64,000 nucleotides of DNA from Squalus acanthias (taxonomy: Eukaryota): assembly GCA_030390025.1 (NCBI GenBank), contig CM059432.1:129458001-129522000 (forward strand), read 5' to 3'. Below, in pieces: positions 35,607-47,559 of the stretch. The notes beneath the pieces are model-generated. The model did no database searches. It was not told the DNA's origin and was given only the letters and a program-made list of their open reading frames with translations. Every line of letters begins with the position of its first letter. Position 1 is the stretch's first letter. The position numbers and the translations under genes are program-made.

Positions 35607-37006
35607 TGTAAGGGGTCTGCGGCTCTGTGCTGTGCCTGGGTGCTAGTGCGGGGTTAGGCCTTATTGCCTGTTCTATTGCTTGCTCTGGTCTCCAGCCAGC
35701 CTTGTTGCAATAAGCACCTGTGAGTGGTTCGACCCACTCGCCCTTACGGTTCTAACACTGGACTTAGGTGCGAGAGCAGTAATGCAGAGAAAAACTCAGA
35801 TAGACCCGGTTGAATAGTACGAAATGGAAATCTTTATTGCATAACGTCCAAAATCATGAAGTACATGTCATAGGCACAAATTAATGACAGTACAGGTATA
35901 CATACAGTCATAAAACTTGGTCTAGGGTAATGAGGATCGCACGGCACATCGTAAAAAGGGGAACACATTATATTTATCCTTAATAAAACCACCCTCCCCT
36001 ATTAATACCTACACTAATCTAGATTTGTAGGATCGAGGAAACATGCTCACCACTCGTGATACTTCGGAGAATTTTAAACGAGGCACTCGGCTTGTTTCGC
36101 TGCGACACCTGACTGTCACGTGTTGGAAGGGGTCTCTGTACCCCACTTGTTTATCTTCGCTGCTCCGGCAAGCAGGCTGGGCTCCCCGTTGTCATGAAGA
36201 ACTTGACAGTGCTCGGACACGGTTGTAGAAGTCCAGAGAGACAATCAAAAGCTCACCAGTCAAGCGAGTCCATGAAGCGGCAAGCGAATAAGAGTTCAGC
36301 AGTCATCAGCCAGATAAGAGAATAATAAGCAAGAGTTCAGCCCGAGTCAAGAGTCGAATCAAGAGAATAAGAGAGCGATGGACATTTGTTGTCTATAGTT
36401 ATAGTGCTGTGTTCCCTTATCTCCCGCTCAAATCTTGATGTTTGTCCTTTGTGTAATACTGGTGCACAAAACTCCCAGCATGGGGCGATTCTTTCCTTTA
36501 ATGGGTTTCGGTAGCACCTTAAACTGGCCAACTATCCGTTAATGTTTTCCCCATTGTCGAACCGGCTAGGAGTCTCCCTGACTGGTTTTGGGGCCTCCTC
36601 GAATACTGACTTAATCACCCGAGAATGGCTCTCTCATTGTAGAGCCGTGGGGAATTTGCGTGTTGATGTATCTGGATGGGCCTTCGATTGCCCATTACAA
36701 TGGTCCTTACTTGTGCATGGAAAATGATTCCAGCACTTATATCTTTGCTATTGTGTCGAATGCAGACAGGTTGCATCCTGTCTTTATCAGTGTTTGCTGA
36801 GTATTATCCAATCTTATACTGAAATGTATATTCTAACGCCATTTTGTCTGCCCACTGAAATTCTGGAAGCTTCTGCCACGAGGCGCGGTGGCCATTTTAC
36901 AGGCTTCTGTGTCCTTTATATCATGACAGCATTTCGTTTAAATAAACTGATGAAACGAATCTGCTTTATCTCGTTATTTCGAATCGCGATAATTGCGAAT
37001 TTTACA
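35607..37006 (-). repeat. 5' LTR of outer element (1400 bp)
   Basis: Direct repeat of 19298-20687 with about 18 substitutions counted by eye, plus a divergent ~65-bp U5 tip. Confidence 0.95.
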
Positions 37007-37008
37007 GT

Positions 37009-37136
37009 AACCAATTACATTCCAGAGAAAAACCCACAAAAAATGGCCAGTCACATTCTGCAACAGATGACTAACCATTTACTCTCAGTTAAACAAATCT
37101 CCAAGATACAGCCATTGTGACAATTCCCCATCAACT
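37009..37136 (+). repeat. 128-bp flanking duplication, right copy
   Basis: Matches 19170-19297; separated from the LTR by GT. Confidence 0.95.
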
Positions 37137-37473
37137 TCATAATCAGACTCTACAACGAGCCTGAGAAACATTGAAAACAAGATGCGAGTGTTATAATACA
37201 TCCCACCTCTGGCTCTATCAGTCTGTCTCCATGCTTGGGACCGTCCTCCTGCTGTGGTAGAGAGGCCGTGGGAGGGGTGGGGCGATTTTTGTATCACGAT
37301 TACCCCATTTGCACTTAAAAATGGGGCGAAAGCAGAACCAAAATAATACAGTGGGTATTCATGCCAAGTTGATGCCGGTCCTGACTTTCAGGTGGACCTC
37401 CATACAGGGCATCCCTGTCAAAAATAGGCAGGAGACTCAAGAATAAGGAGGCCACATACTCCTTGGAAAATAA

Positions 37474-38227
37474 GGGCTGGATTTTGATACTGGGGCGAGT
37501 TGGGGTCGTGTCATCCGCTTTTCGTGTTATCCACCCGACTGCAATTGGATGTGGGAGATTGATGCAATTTTCATCTAATTGGGCAATTGAGTTCCAGCAT
37601 GTGGGAACCCATGAACCAATTAGTGGTTTCAGTCTGAAAGTCGCCTCTGATGATGTCATCATTGCTGCTGCATTGAAGGTCAGAGACTGCCTGGCCTTTG
37701 CTGTGAGAGGACCTGGATGCAAAATGAGTAGCAGCTCTAAGGAGAGAGAGAGAGAGAGAGAGAGAAGAGAGAGAATTTTGCATCCAGGTCCTCTGAGGCA
37801 GTCTCTGAAGACCTTCAATGCAGCAGCATCAGAGGCGACTTTCAGACCTAATACTACTACTACCTTCATCACATCTCACATCTTCGTTGTAACAGTGGAC
37901 CTGCAGCTGATAGTTAGCTATCCAAATGTGCTCTCGCCAGGTTTCACAATCGTGGTTCAGAACAGGCGTGCTTCATGTCGATCAGGGGTTAAAATCACAA
38001 AGGCCTTTCAAAATGGCATAATAGAGCCAATTTAGTGCTTGTTAAGGGCCTTAACAGCCTATCCCGCCTCTTAAAGGCGGGACGGAGTCGGGACTAGCAG
38101 ATACGATTTAATGAAAATTGCGTGGAGGCGGGATGGAGGTGGACTTGTGCCCGCCCACCAGTTTTCGCTATTTTAACCCCCCACACGCCTCCAAACCCGT
38201 CTCCACGGGTCAATGAAAATCCAGCCC
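37474..38227. mobile_element. Harbinger-type MITE
   Basis: TIR GGGCTGGATTTT, TSD TAA; ends are the inverse of 15030-15874. Confidence 0.8.
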
Positions 38228-38228
38228 T

Positions 38229-38965
38229 AAGTGTCTAAAGGGGGCAGAGGAACAGAGGGATCTAGGGGTTCAGATACACAATCACTAAAAGTAGCAATGC
38301 AGGTTAATAAGGCCATTTAAAGAAAGCAAACCAATCACTGGGTTCATTTCTAGAGGGATAGAATTGAAAAGCAGAGAAGTTATGTTAAACCTGTATAAAA
38401 CCTTGGTCAAACCACACTTGGAGTACTGTGAACAGTTCTGGTCTCCATAATATAAAAAGGATATAGAGGCACTGGAGAAGGCAAATAAAGATTTACTAGA
38501 ACGATACCAGAACTGAGAGGTTATACCAATGAGGAAAAATTGCACATGCTAGGGCTCTTTTCTCTGGAAAAGAGAAGACTGAGATGTGACCCGATAGAGG
38601 TCTTCAAGATTATGAAAGGGTTTGATAGGGTAGACGTAGAGAAGATGTTTCCACTTGTAGGCGAGACCAGAACTAGGGGCCATAAATATAAGATAGTCAC
38701 TCAGAAATCCAATAGGGAGTTCAGGAGATACTTCTTTACCCAGAGAGTGGCTAGAATGTGGAACTCGCTACCACAGGGAGTGGTTGAGACGAATAGCATA
38801 GATGCATTCAATGGGAAGCTAGATAAGCACATGAGGGAGAAAGGAATAGAAGGGTATGTTGATGGGGTTAGATAAGAGGGGCCGGAGGAGGCTCGTGTGG
38901 AGCATAAACACCGGCGTGGACCTGTTGGGCTGAATGGCCTGTTTCTGTGCTGTAAATACTTTGTA
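38229..38965 (+). mobile_element. CR1 LINE 3' fragment
   Basis: LGLFSLEKRRLR, FFTQRVARMWNSLP and the CR1 3' UTR motif. Confidence 0.85.
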
Positions 38966-39383
38966 ATATATACTAACCAGGATCAGATGACACAGTTAGG
39001 ATACCAGACGCCATTTTCGCCTCGGCCTGCTTGAATATTACCAGTTTCTGCTCCATTAACCATGGGCAAGTTGGGAGGTGGCCATTCCTAGCAAAAATGA
39101 AAGGGATCCTCATCTCCAGTCAGGGACAGCTGGATGGAACTTTGGGAGACATTTTTATGGCAGTTGTTTGATGCTATTGAGCCGTAAATGCTTTCAAATT
39201 TACTGGATTTGCTATTTTAGGTCCTGCCCAAAAGTTGCCTGCTGCTTTGAAGTGCTGCTTGTTTTCATTCCCAACCCTCCCCTTCAAGGTGCTGCTGCAA
39301 GTGTTTCACGTTCATCCATCCCATCCGATTTCACGCCTCCAGATCGGCGAGTTGCCTGCTGGGGAATCCATTTGTGCTGATAC

Positions 39384-39486
39384 CTCGCTGCTCACATTAT
39401 AATATGGAGTATGGACCAAAGTCGATTGGATCCCACACTGACTCCTCCAGGCAGCCATCATGTACACCCCACTCACCTGAATAGTG
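39384..39486 (-). CDS. Candidate internal host exon (TIQVSGVYMMAAWRSQCGIQSTLVHTPYYNVSSE)
   Basis: Acceptor attttcatttccAG, donor GAG|GTatca, open frame, phases 2/0. Confidence 0.4.
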
Positions 39487-39989
39487 CTGGAAATGAAAAT
39501 CACCCTCTGTAGGTTTTGTTTTGGATGAATGAGCCACCATCAGCCAAATGGCACAGCTCACCTGTACCTAACTTGGGATCTTTTGTTGTGTAAGTCCACA
39601 TACACACCAGTGTCGGGCAGGGTCACAGTTCTGGATTCACCATGACATCAACAGAAAGACTACAAATCCTGCAGTACAGGTGAATCCCAGGCTAGTCCTT
39701 GACTATTTCAACTCCAGCAGCCCTGCTTTCTCCTAATATAGGAGTCAGTCCCTTCCCAGTCCACACTCTGCCTCAGCCACCCACCATCTCTAAGCCAAGA
39801 TCCCAGACTCTAGTTTCTTTGACCCATGCATTTTGCAACAGCTACCAGGTAACCTTTCCCTGCCCAGCCCTGACCTCTCTTCATTCACTCTCCCCAAATG
39901 CATACATCAAGCCTGTCATCTTGCTGCATGTTTCGGGTTTTAAAAAAGGTATAAAAAAAAGAAGCGCCTTTTTTGTCCCAAGTGTTTCA

Positions 39990-40350
39990 TAGCCAATAAA
40001 CTACTTTTTAAGTGTGGTCATAGTTGCTATGTAAGCAAATATGGCAGCCCACTGGGACACAACAATGAGCTAAATGTCCAGCTAATTTGTTTTAGTGGTG
40101 TTGTTTGAGGGGTAAATGTTGGTCAGGACAACTCTCCTGATCTTCAGATATAGCCACGGGGTCTTTCACACCCATTGGAACAAGCAGACAACAGCTTGGT
40201 TTAATATCTCACCTGAAAGTCAGCATCTCCAACAACGCAGCACTCGTCAGTACTGCACTGAAGTGTCAGCCTAAACAATATGCTCCTTTCCTCGAGTGGG
40301 ACTATGAACCAACAGCCTTTAAACTCAGAGGCAAGAGTGCTGCCCAACTA
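39990..40350 (-). mobile_element. Old DeuSINE copy
   Basis: Degenerate reverse complement of the SINE at 56693, including its tRNA-like head. Confidence 0.55.
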
Positions 40351-40575
40351 AGATGACAAATCCAATAATTCAGCACAGGATCACAAGTGACAGGCATAAA
40401 GAGGGAGTAGGGGACGTCCAGAAGAGACACGAAAAGGAAAGATTTACAGAAAGATAGAGTGAAACAGAACTGGAGACAGTAACAGAGACAACAGTGAGAG
40501 AAAGCATGTGAGAAAAAGGGAAAGAGTAAAGGACAAACCGAAAAACAGGATTAGAAATGGGAGAGAAGAGACACA

Positions 40576-41514
40576 GGGGGTGATTTTAACCCTACTCGCC
40601 TGGGGGAAACTGAATTATTAGGCAGTAAGGATGTCCTGAGTTAGTGACCTGCCTTGGAGCTGCCAGGATCCCACCGTCTGGGATTGTAATCCGCTCCCCG
40701 GAGCAGGCGGCAAGGACACCCGCTCAAAGCCAGCCTAGGTATGTCACATGCATGATGTCATCGGATGTTGCTGCATTCAGTGAAACCAGTCCTTGGGACC
40801 GCCTGCTACCAAAAAGTGAAGTTTTGGAAATTTATTTACCTGAATATGTAGACTGGAGGAGCTCGTCCTGACTCCGCATTTAAAGAATGTGGTCTCCCAC
40901 TCCTCCTGACCCATCCTCTGATCCCCCACGCCGGACTCCTATATCCCCCCCCGCCCTCTGACCTCCTTCCTGACCCCTGGCTGCTGCTCTCCCCCCATGA
41001 TCGCTGCTGCTCCCCACCACCCCCGCGCCCCTCACCCCCCCCACCCCACCAATCACCACCGTGCCCCCTGACCCGGCTTCTGATCCCCCCCGCTCTCCTG
41101 CCTCCTATCTTCCCCCCCGCCCTCCGACCTCCTTCCTGACCTCTGGCTGCTGCTCTCCCCACCCTGATCGCTGCCACTATCCTCCCACACCAATCACCGC
41201 CATGTCCCCTGACCCGGCTTCTGATCCACCCCCACCGGCCTCCTATCTCCTGATGCCCAGCCTCTGATCCCCCTCTCCATCATCCTATCTCCTGACCCCC
41301 GGCCTCCGACCCCCCGACCCCCAGCCCTCACTTACCCGAGGACCACTGCTAACATCGCAGCGGCCCAATCCTGGCTTAGTCTTCTCTGGCTCGCCGTTCC
41401 GCCATGCCAGCTCCATAAAATGAGATCTAAGGCCCAATATTGGAGGCACCTTATGACTCACCATTCAGGCGCGGGGAATGCACCCAAAAATGGTCGCGCC
41501 CAAATTTCTACCCC
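40576..41514. mobile_element. Harbinger-type MITE with C-rich internal tandem repeats
   Basis: Ends GGGGGTGATTTT ... AAATTTCTACCCC; start resembles 11892. Confidence 0.5.
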
Positions 41515-41796
41515 TAAATATTCTGAATGAAGTGTGAAAACCGATCTTTCAGAAGTAGCGTTTTGCTATTGTGTTCTCAGTGTATTCACATAACTGAGGT
41601 CAGTATTTGTTTTATTCCACCAAACTGTCTGGATCTTTATTTTAGAATAGAAGAGTATCGAGAATAGAAAAGTTAAGTGATTGTAATAACTACCTTAACA
41701 TTTATTGGCTTATTTACCTCTTACAATAGGATGGTCCTAAAGTTATTTGTATAAAACTTTAGTGATCTTCATTTTTGCAGCATTTTAAGAGATTTA

Positions 41797-42567
41797 GGGG
41801 GAAAAATTCGGTATCGCCCATTTTGGGGCATTAATATCGGCCGGGCGCAAAGCTAATTATCGCCTCCGACTGCAAAATTCGCCTCTATCGCCCCTGGAGG
41901 TGATTTGAGCGTTAAATCAGGCGCTACACACCTCTCTTAAGGCGCAAACGTCAGGGAACGAGTCGCTACCTCAGAACGCTACCGAAGTTCAGGTGATGTC
42001 AGTTACCATGGAAGCCAGACAGACTGGCGCCGTCCAGTTCTTAAAGGGGAGGGGCCATCTTGCTGGCCAGCCACACCCTGCTCCTTGCAGCCTTGAATCT
42101 CGGCCTGGAGAGACCTCAAAAGCAATTGTGTTGGAAGCACTAATGGATAGGGCCATGGAAAGAGCTCGGCGCTTAGGAACCTCAAAAGTGGTGCTGAGGG
42201 CCAAAACTCCTTAAAATTTGCCGACAAGAAAAGGCAGGAAGTGCCCGCCTTTAAATAGCGCTCCCCCAGCCCCTTCCCGACTTGAAAACGTTCCCCTCTA
42301 CCTGTCGTTCCTATCGGCAGGCACGAAGGCAGGGGGCGCGACTCAATATCCGGTCTGGGGCGCTACCGGGGCGTTGCACGCTTGACTGACGTCATAATCT
42401 GCGGGCACAGGAGATCGTGGCGGTAGTGTTTAGCGCTACCGCAAAACGACTGGTCAATTTCGCGAGCGGCGCTAACATCGCCGCGCCTGGGCACTAGCTG
42501 CTTTGCGCCCCATTAGTGCCCTCTTAGGGTGCTAATGGGAGGCGCAAAGCAACCAAATTTTTCCCCC
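41797..42567. mobile_element. Non-autonomous deletion derivative of the Harbinger at 4288
   Basis: GGGGGAAAAATT TIRs; both ~300-bp ends align to 4288-8868; flanks TTA/TAA. Confidence 0.85.
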
Positions 42568-42784
42568 TAACACACCACTGAAGGTTATCCAATCTTTGAG
42601 TGGCTCTTTACATGTGAACGTTTTTTGAAAAGCACTCTCACTCTAAAGACTACTCAATTAAATCTGTTAGCTGTGTGAAAGAAATATTTATCCCTGTTTG
42701 ACCTTTGATTAAACGTGAAGGATTTACTTATTTTAAATGTTTTAGTGAATTGTTTTGCTAACCGAGGTGAGGGATGTCATTGTT

Positions 42785-44475
42785 TTTTTTTTATTCGTTC
42801 ATGGGATCTGGGCGTCACTGGCAAGGCCAGCATTTATTGCCCATCCCTAGTTGCCCTTGAGAAGGTGGCGGTGAGACGCCTACTTGAACCGCTGCAGTCC
42901 GTGTGGTGAAGGTACTCCCACAGTGCTGTTCGGGAGGGAGTTCCAGGATTTTGACCCAGCGACGATGAAGGATCGCTGATATATTTCTAAGTTAGGGTGG
43001 TGTGTGACTTGGCCGGGAACTTGGCAGGCGATGGTGTTCCCATGCACCTGCTGCCCTTGTTCTTCTAGATGGTAGAGGTCACGGGTTTGGGAGGTGCTGC
43101 CAAAGAATCCTTGGCGAGTTGCTGCAGTAGATGGTACACACTGCAGCCACGGTACGCCGGTGGTGGAGGGAGTGAATGCTTAAGGTGGTGGATGGGGTGC
43201 CAATCAAGCGGGCTGCTTTGACCTGGATGGTGTCGAGCTTCTTGAGTGTTGTTGGAGCTGCACTCATCCAGGCAAGTGGAGAGTATTCCATCACACTCCT
43301 CACTCCTCACACGCCTTGTAGATGGTAGAAAGGCTTTGGGGAGTCAGGAGGTGAGACACTCGCCACAGAATACCTAGCCTCTGACCTGCTCTTGTTGCCA
43401 CAGTATTTATGTGGCTAGTCCAGTTAAGTTTCTGGTAAATGGTTACCCCCAGGATGTTGATGGTGGGCGATTTGGCAATGGTAATGCCGTTGAATGTCAA
43501 GGGGCGGTGGTTAGACTCTCGCTTGTTGGAGATATTCATTGCCTGGCACTTCTGTGGCGCGAATGTTACCTGCCACTTATCAGCCCAAGCCTGAACGTCG
43601 TCCAGGTCTTGTTGCATGCAGGCTTGGACTGCTTCATTATCTGAGGAGTTGTGAATGGCACAGAACACTGTGCAGTCATCAGCGAACATCCCCATTTCTG
43701 ACCTTATGATGGAGGGAAGGTCATTGATGAAGCAGCTGAAGATGGTTGGGCCTAGGACACTGTCCTGAGAAACTTCTGCAGCGATGTCCTGGGGCTGTGA
43801 TGATTGACCTTCAACCACCACAACCATCTTCCTTTGTGCTAGGTATGACTCCAGCCACTGGAGAATTTTCCCTCCAATTCCCATTGACTTCAGCTTTACT
43901 AGGGCTCCTTGATGCCACGCTCGGTCAAATGCTGCCTTGATGTCAAGGGCAGTCACTCTCACCTCACCTCTGGAATTCAGCTCCTTTGTCCATGTTTGGA
44001 CCAAGGCTGTAATGAGGTCGGGAGCCAAGTGGTCTTGGCGGACCCCAAACTGGGCATCAGTGAGCGGGTTATTGGTGAGTAAGTTCCACTTGATAACACT
44101 GTCGATGACACCTTCCATCACTTTGCTGATGATTGAGAGTAGACTGATGGGGTGGTAATTGGCCGGATTGGATTTGTCCTGCTTTTTGTGGAAAGGACTT
44201 ACCTCGGGCAACTTTTTCACATTGTCGGATAGATGCCAGTGTTGTAGCTGTAATGGAACAGCTTGGCTAGAGGTGCAGGCCAGTTCTGGAGCACAAGCCT
44301 TCAGCACGACAGCCGGGATGTTGTCGGGGACCACAGCCTTTGCTGTATCCAGTGCGCTCTGCCGTGTCTTGATATCACGTTGAGTGAATCGAATTGGCTG
44401 AAGACTGGCTTCTGTGATGATGGGGACCTCAGGAGGAGGCCGATATGGATCATCCACTCGGCACTTCTGGCTGAA
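42785..44475 (-). mobile_element. CR1/L2-group LINE, second family, ORF2 RT fragment
   Basis: NPANYHPISLLS, ALDIKAAFDRAWHQG, QDSVLGPTIFSCFINDL, MFADDCT, WADKWQVTFAP. Confidence 0.85.
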
Positions 44476-44654
44476 TAGGAAGTCAAATATTATCCCACTC
44501 TTCATACCCAGTCTCAGTATCAAAACCTCCCAGTGAGACTCAAAGTGGTGGTGGCTGTCCAAGGCCAAGGAATGTTTGGCATTTCTTGGCACCCACAAGA
44601 GTTGCCATTGCAATGGGTTCAATTTCCCTGCCTCCCCCTGCCACTGTTCCCCTG

Positions 44655-45110
44655 ATACCAGAACTGTGAGGCTATAACCTATCAGGAAGGGATGAACAGG
44701 CTGGGGCTCTTTTCTCTTGAAAAGAGAAGGCTGAGGGGTGACCTAATAGAGGTCTTTAAAATTATGAAAGGTTTTGGTGGAGTGGATACAGAGAAGATGT
44801 TTCCACTTGTGGGGAAGAGCATAACTAGGGGCTATCAATATAAGATAGTCACCAAGAAAACAAATAGGCAATTCAGAAGAAATTACTTTACCCAGAGAGT
44901 GGGGAGAATGTGGAAGTGGTTGAAGCGAATAGTATAGATGCATTTAAGGGGTGGTTAGATAAGCATATGAGGGAGAAGGGAATAGTGGGTCATGCTGATA
45001 GAGTTAGATGAGAAAAAACGGGAGGAGGCTCGAGTGGAGCATAAACGCCGGCATAGACTGGTTGGGCTGAATGGCCTGTTTCTGTGCCGTATATCCTTTG
45101 TAATCCTATG
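44655..45110 (+). mobile_element. CR1 LINE 3' fragment
   Basis: RLGLFSLEKRRLRGDLIEVFKIMKG; 3' UTR and tgtaatcctatgtaa tail. Confidence 0.85.
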
Positions 45111-45734
45111 TAAATAAAACAGTGTGGCAGGGGGGTGGGGTGCAGGTGGAGAATTCTGCCTCACTCCTTCCATTTTCTTCTTTGTTCTTTTGTGGTTATA
45201 AACCCTGAATGTAGTAGCAGCACTATAAGGACAACCATAAAGAAGGAACTGCCTGTTTCTGATAGGATCACGTGTGGCATTTAAGAAGCTTATTTCTGAA
45301 AAGGCTGTTCAGAGGGGGAGGCCAATCCAAGAATCAAGCATATGGACTGAGCCGGAAGGACTGCTCTCTAAATGCAGTTCCTCTGTCCAGTATTAAGGTT
45401 GCTGCACTGGAAATAGCAAAGCCAAAGGGCACAACATGACATTAAATTGGAGCCTGGTCACTTGGCATGTTGAGGATTTGTCTCTGAAAGCTTGTAGGTC
45501 AGTTAGGATGGGACTCGGAACATAAGGTGGTGTTAATCACAGGCAGAGAATGATTCACTCTGTTGCAAATCAATAAACTCTCCTTGTTTGCCACTTGCTG
45601 CTCTGTCTATCAGTTGATCCTCAAAATAAAACATATAATTTATGCTGCTCTTTATTTCCGTGTCTCTATTTCTTTTCCTAACGTGCTTAACAATCCTTGA
45701 CTAAAGTCCCTGCCATCCAGCTCCAAGATAACCA

Positions 45735-47100
45735 ACAATAACAACCTGCCCCTATATAACACCTTCAACAGAGAAAAATCTGCTGCACAGAAGTTTGATC
45801 AAAAAAATGGACGTCAAGCCAAATAAGGAAATGTTAAGAAAGGTGGCCAAAAGCTTGGTCAAAAAGGTAGGTTTTGAATACAGTCTTAAAGGACGAGTGT
45901 GAAGTGGAGAGGCAGAGGGGTTTAGGGAGCGAATTCCGAAGCGTGGGGCCTAGGCCGTTAAAAGCACAGCCACCAATGGTGGAGCAAAGGGGGGAATTCA
46001 CAAGATGACAGAGTCACAGGAACAGAGGGCTGGATTTTGTCGATGTGGGCGTGTTGGGGACGGGACTGCTGGTTGTCGGGTTGCAGACCCGCCCCCAACG
46101 ACGTCCGGCCAACCCACACTATTTTCCCTTGATTGACCTTGTTAAGCCCGCCCTGTGTATGACGTTTCATCTGTCAAGAAGCTGTCAAACACTGACAATC
46201 TCTGTTCTAAGGTGAGCCCTTGCACAAAGACTCACCAAAACCTCTTTCCTCAACAGAAATCAGATGGCTGCTGCATCTGAGAATGCAGCAGCCATTCTGT
46301 CATCTCTGCCGTTGAGATGAGGCACCTCCGGATCCCGAAGGGTTGAAGCCTGCAGGAAGAAGCAAAGGTAAGTAAACTTTTTCTAACACTTTACACTCAC
46401 CTCTCGCACTTACCTCTCCACACTTGCACCCATCACTCACCTCCACAGTGGACTTTTCGACTCCTCTCACCCCCGCAGACCCACTGCTCGCCTCGCTGAC
46501 CCTGGCGAGGTTCACAGTCGTCGGGAAGCCCGCACTTGCAGGAGTAAAATGGGGATAAGCCTCTTAACTGCCCGTTAACTACCTGTTAACAGGCAGTTAA
46601 TTGGCTGTAATCCCCTTCCCGCCTCGAGGAGACGGGTCCCTGCGCGAGTCGGGGACCCGCCACCTGGGAAGATGGCACAGAGGCGGGTTGGGAGCGGGTT
46701 CGGTACCCGCTCCCAGTTTCTGCCATTTTCCCGGCAGTCCCACCTCCATACCCGCCTCCCCAGGGCTGGGAAAATTCCCCTCCCCAGAGAGTTCAGAGGG
46801 GGTGTAGAGCTGAAAGACGTTACAGAGATCGGGAGAGGGCAGACCATGTAGAGATTTAAACATGCAAATGTGAATTTTAAATTTGAAGTATTGGGGGACT
46901 GGGTGCCAGTGTAGTTTCACTGAGGACAGGGTCGATGGGTGAATGGGACTTTGTGTGGGACAGGTTATGGGCAGCAGAGTTTTGGAGAAGCTGAAGTTCA
47001 CAGATGGTGGTGGATGGGAGGCCAGCCAAGAGAGATTTGGAATTGTCAAATCTGGAAGTGAAAAAGGCATGGATGAGAATTTCAGCTGATGTGAGACAGA
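45735..47100 (-). mobile_element. Old L2 LINE 3' fragment split by a MITE
   Basis: LHWHPVPQYFKFKI..MFKSLHGL motif; similar to 13737-14115. Confidence 0.6.
46027..46785. mobile_element. Harbinger-type MITE
   Basis: Starts GGGCTGGATTTT; inverse of 62040-62875; AGA on both flanks. Confidence 0.7.
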
Positions 47101-47559
47101 GGTGGGCGATACTTTGGGCGAAACAGATTAATGCAGGCCAATGCGCGATATCTCGGAAGCAGCTGCCATGATGCCTTTATTTTGCAGCAGTCCGCTCAGC
47201 ATACGTATTGGTCATTTGGCTACTAGGGATCCAAGGCTGCCACTAGACCCCTGGCTATTGACCCATTGAGAAACCCCAAAACGGAGGCCAAATGGAAAAA
47301 CAACAATACTCATGCCATCACCCAAATTTTGGTAGAACATACAGTTGGCATGCGGAAGCCAAGATTCTGCTCTCTGGACAGATTGGGGAAGGGGCTACTT
47401 ATAAGTGTCAATATGGCTTATCTGGTAGACTCTTACAGGACAGAAGGAGGCCATTCGGCCCATCATGCCTGAGCTGGCTCTTTGAAAGAGCTGTCCAATT
47501 TAGTCCCTGACCCCAGCCTTTTCCCTAGAACCCTGCAAATTAGTCCTCATCTTTAAATT

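Larger units (their letters stand above)
19298..37006 (-). mobile_element. Outer pol-less LTR retroelement (gag, readthrough ORF, Ig/F-type env), interrupted by an ERV
   Basis: Two ~1.4-kb direct LTRs with TGTAA...TTACA ends, PBS-like and PPT sites oriented for the minus strand, Gag and glycoprotein ORFs; no PR/RT/RH/IN motifs in its own internal sequence. Confidence 0.9.

Noticed and set aside
19298..37006. DIRS/tyrosine-recombinase explanation for the missing short TSD
   Set aside because: No recombinase or RT ORF is present, and the simple direct TG...CA LTRs with PBS and PPT fit an integrase-type LTR element.
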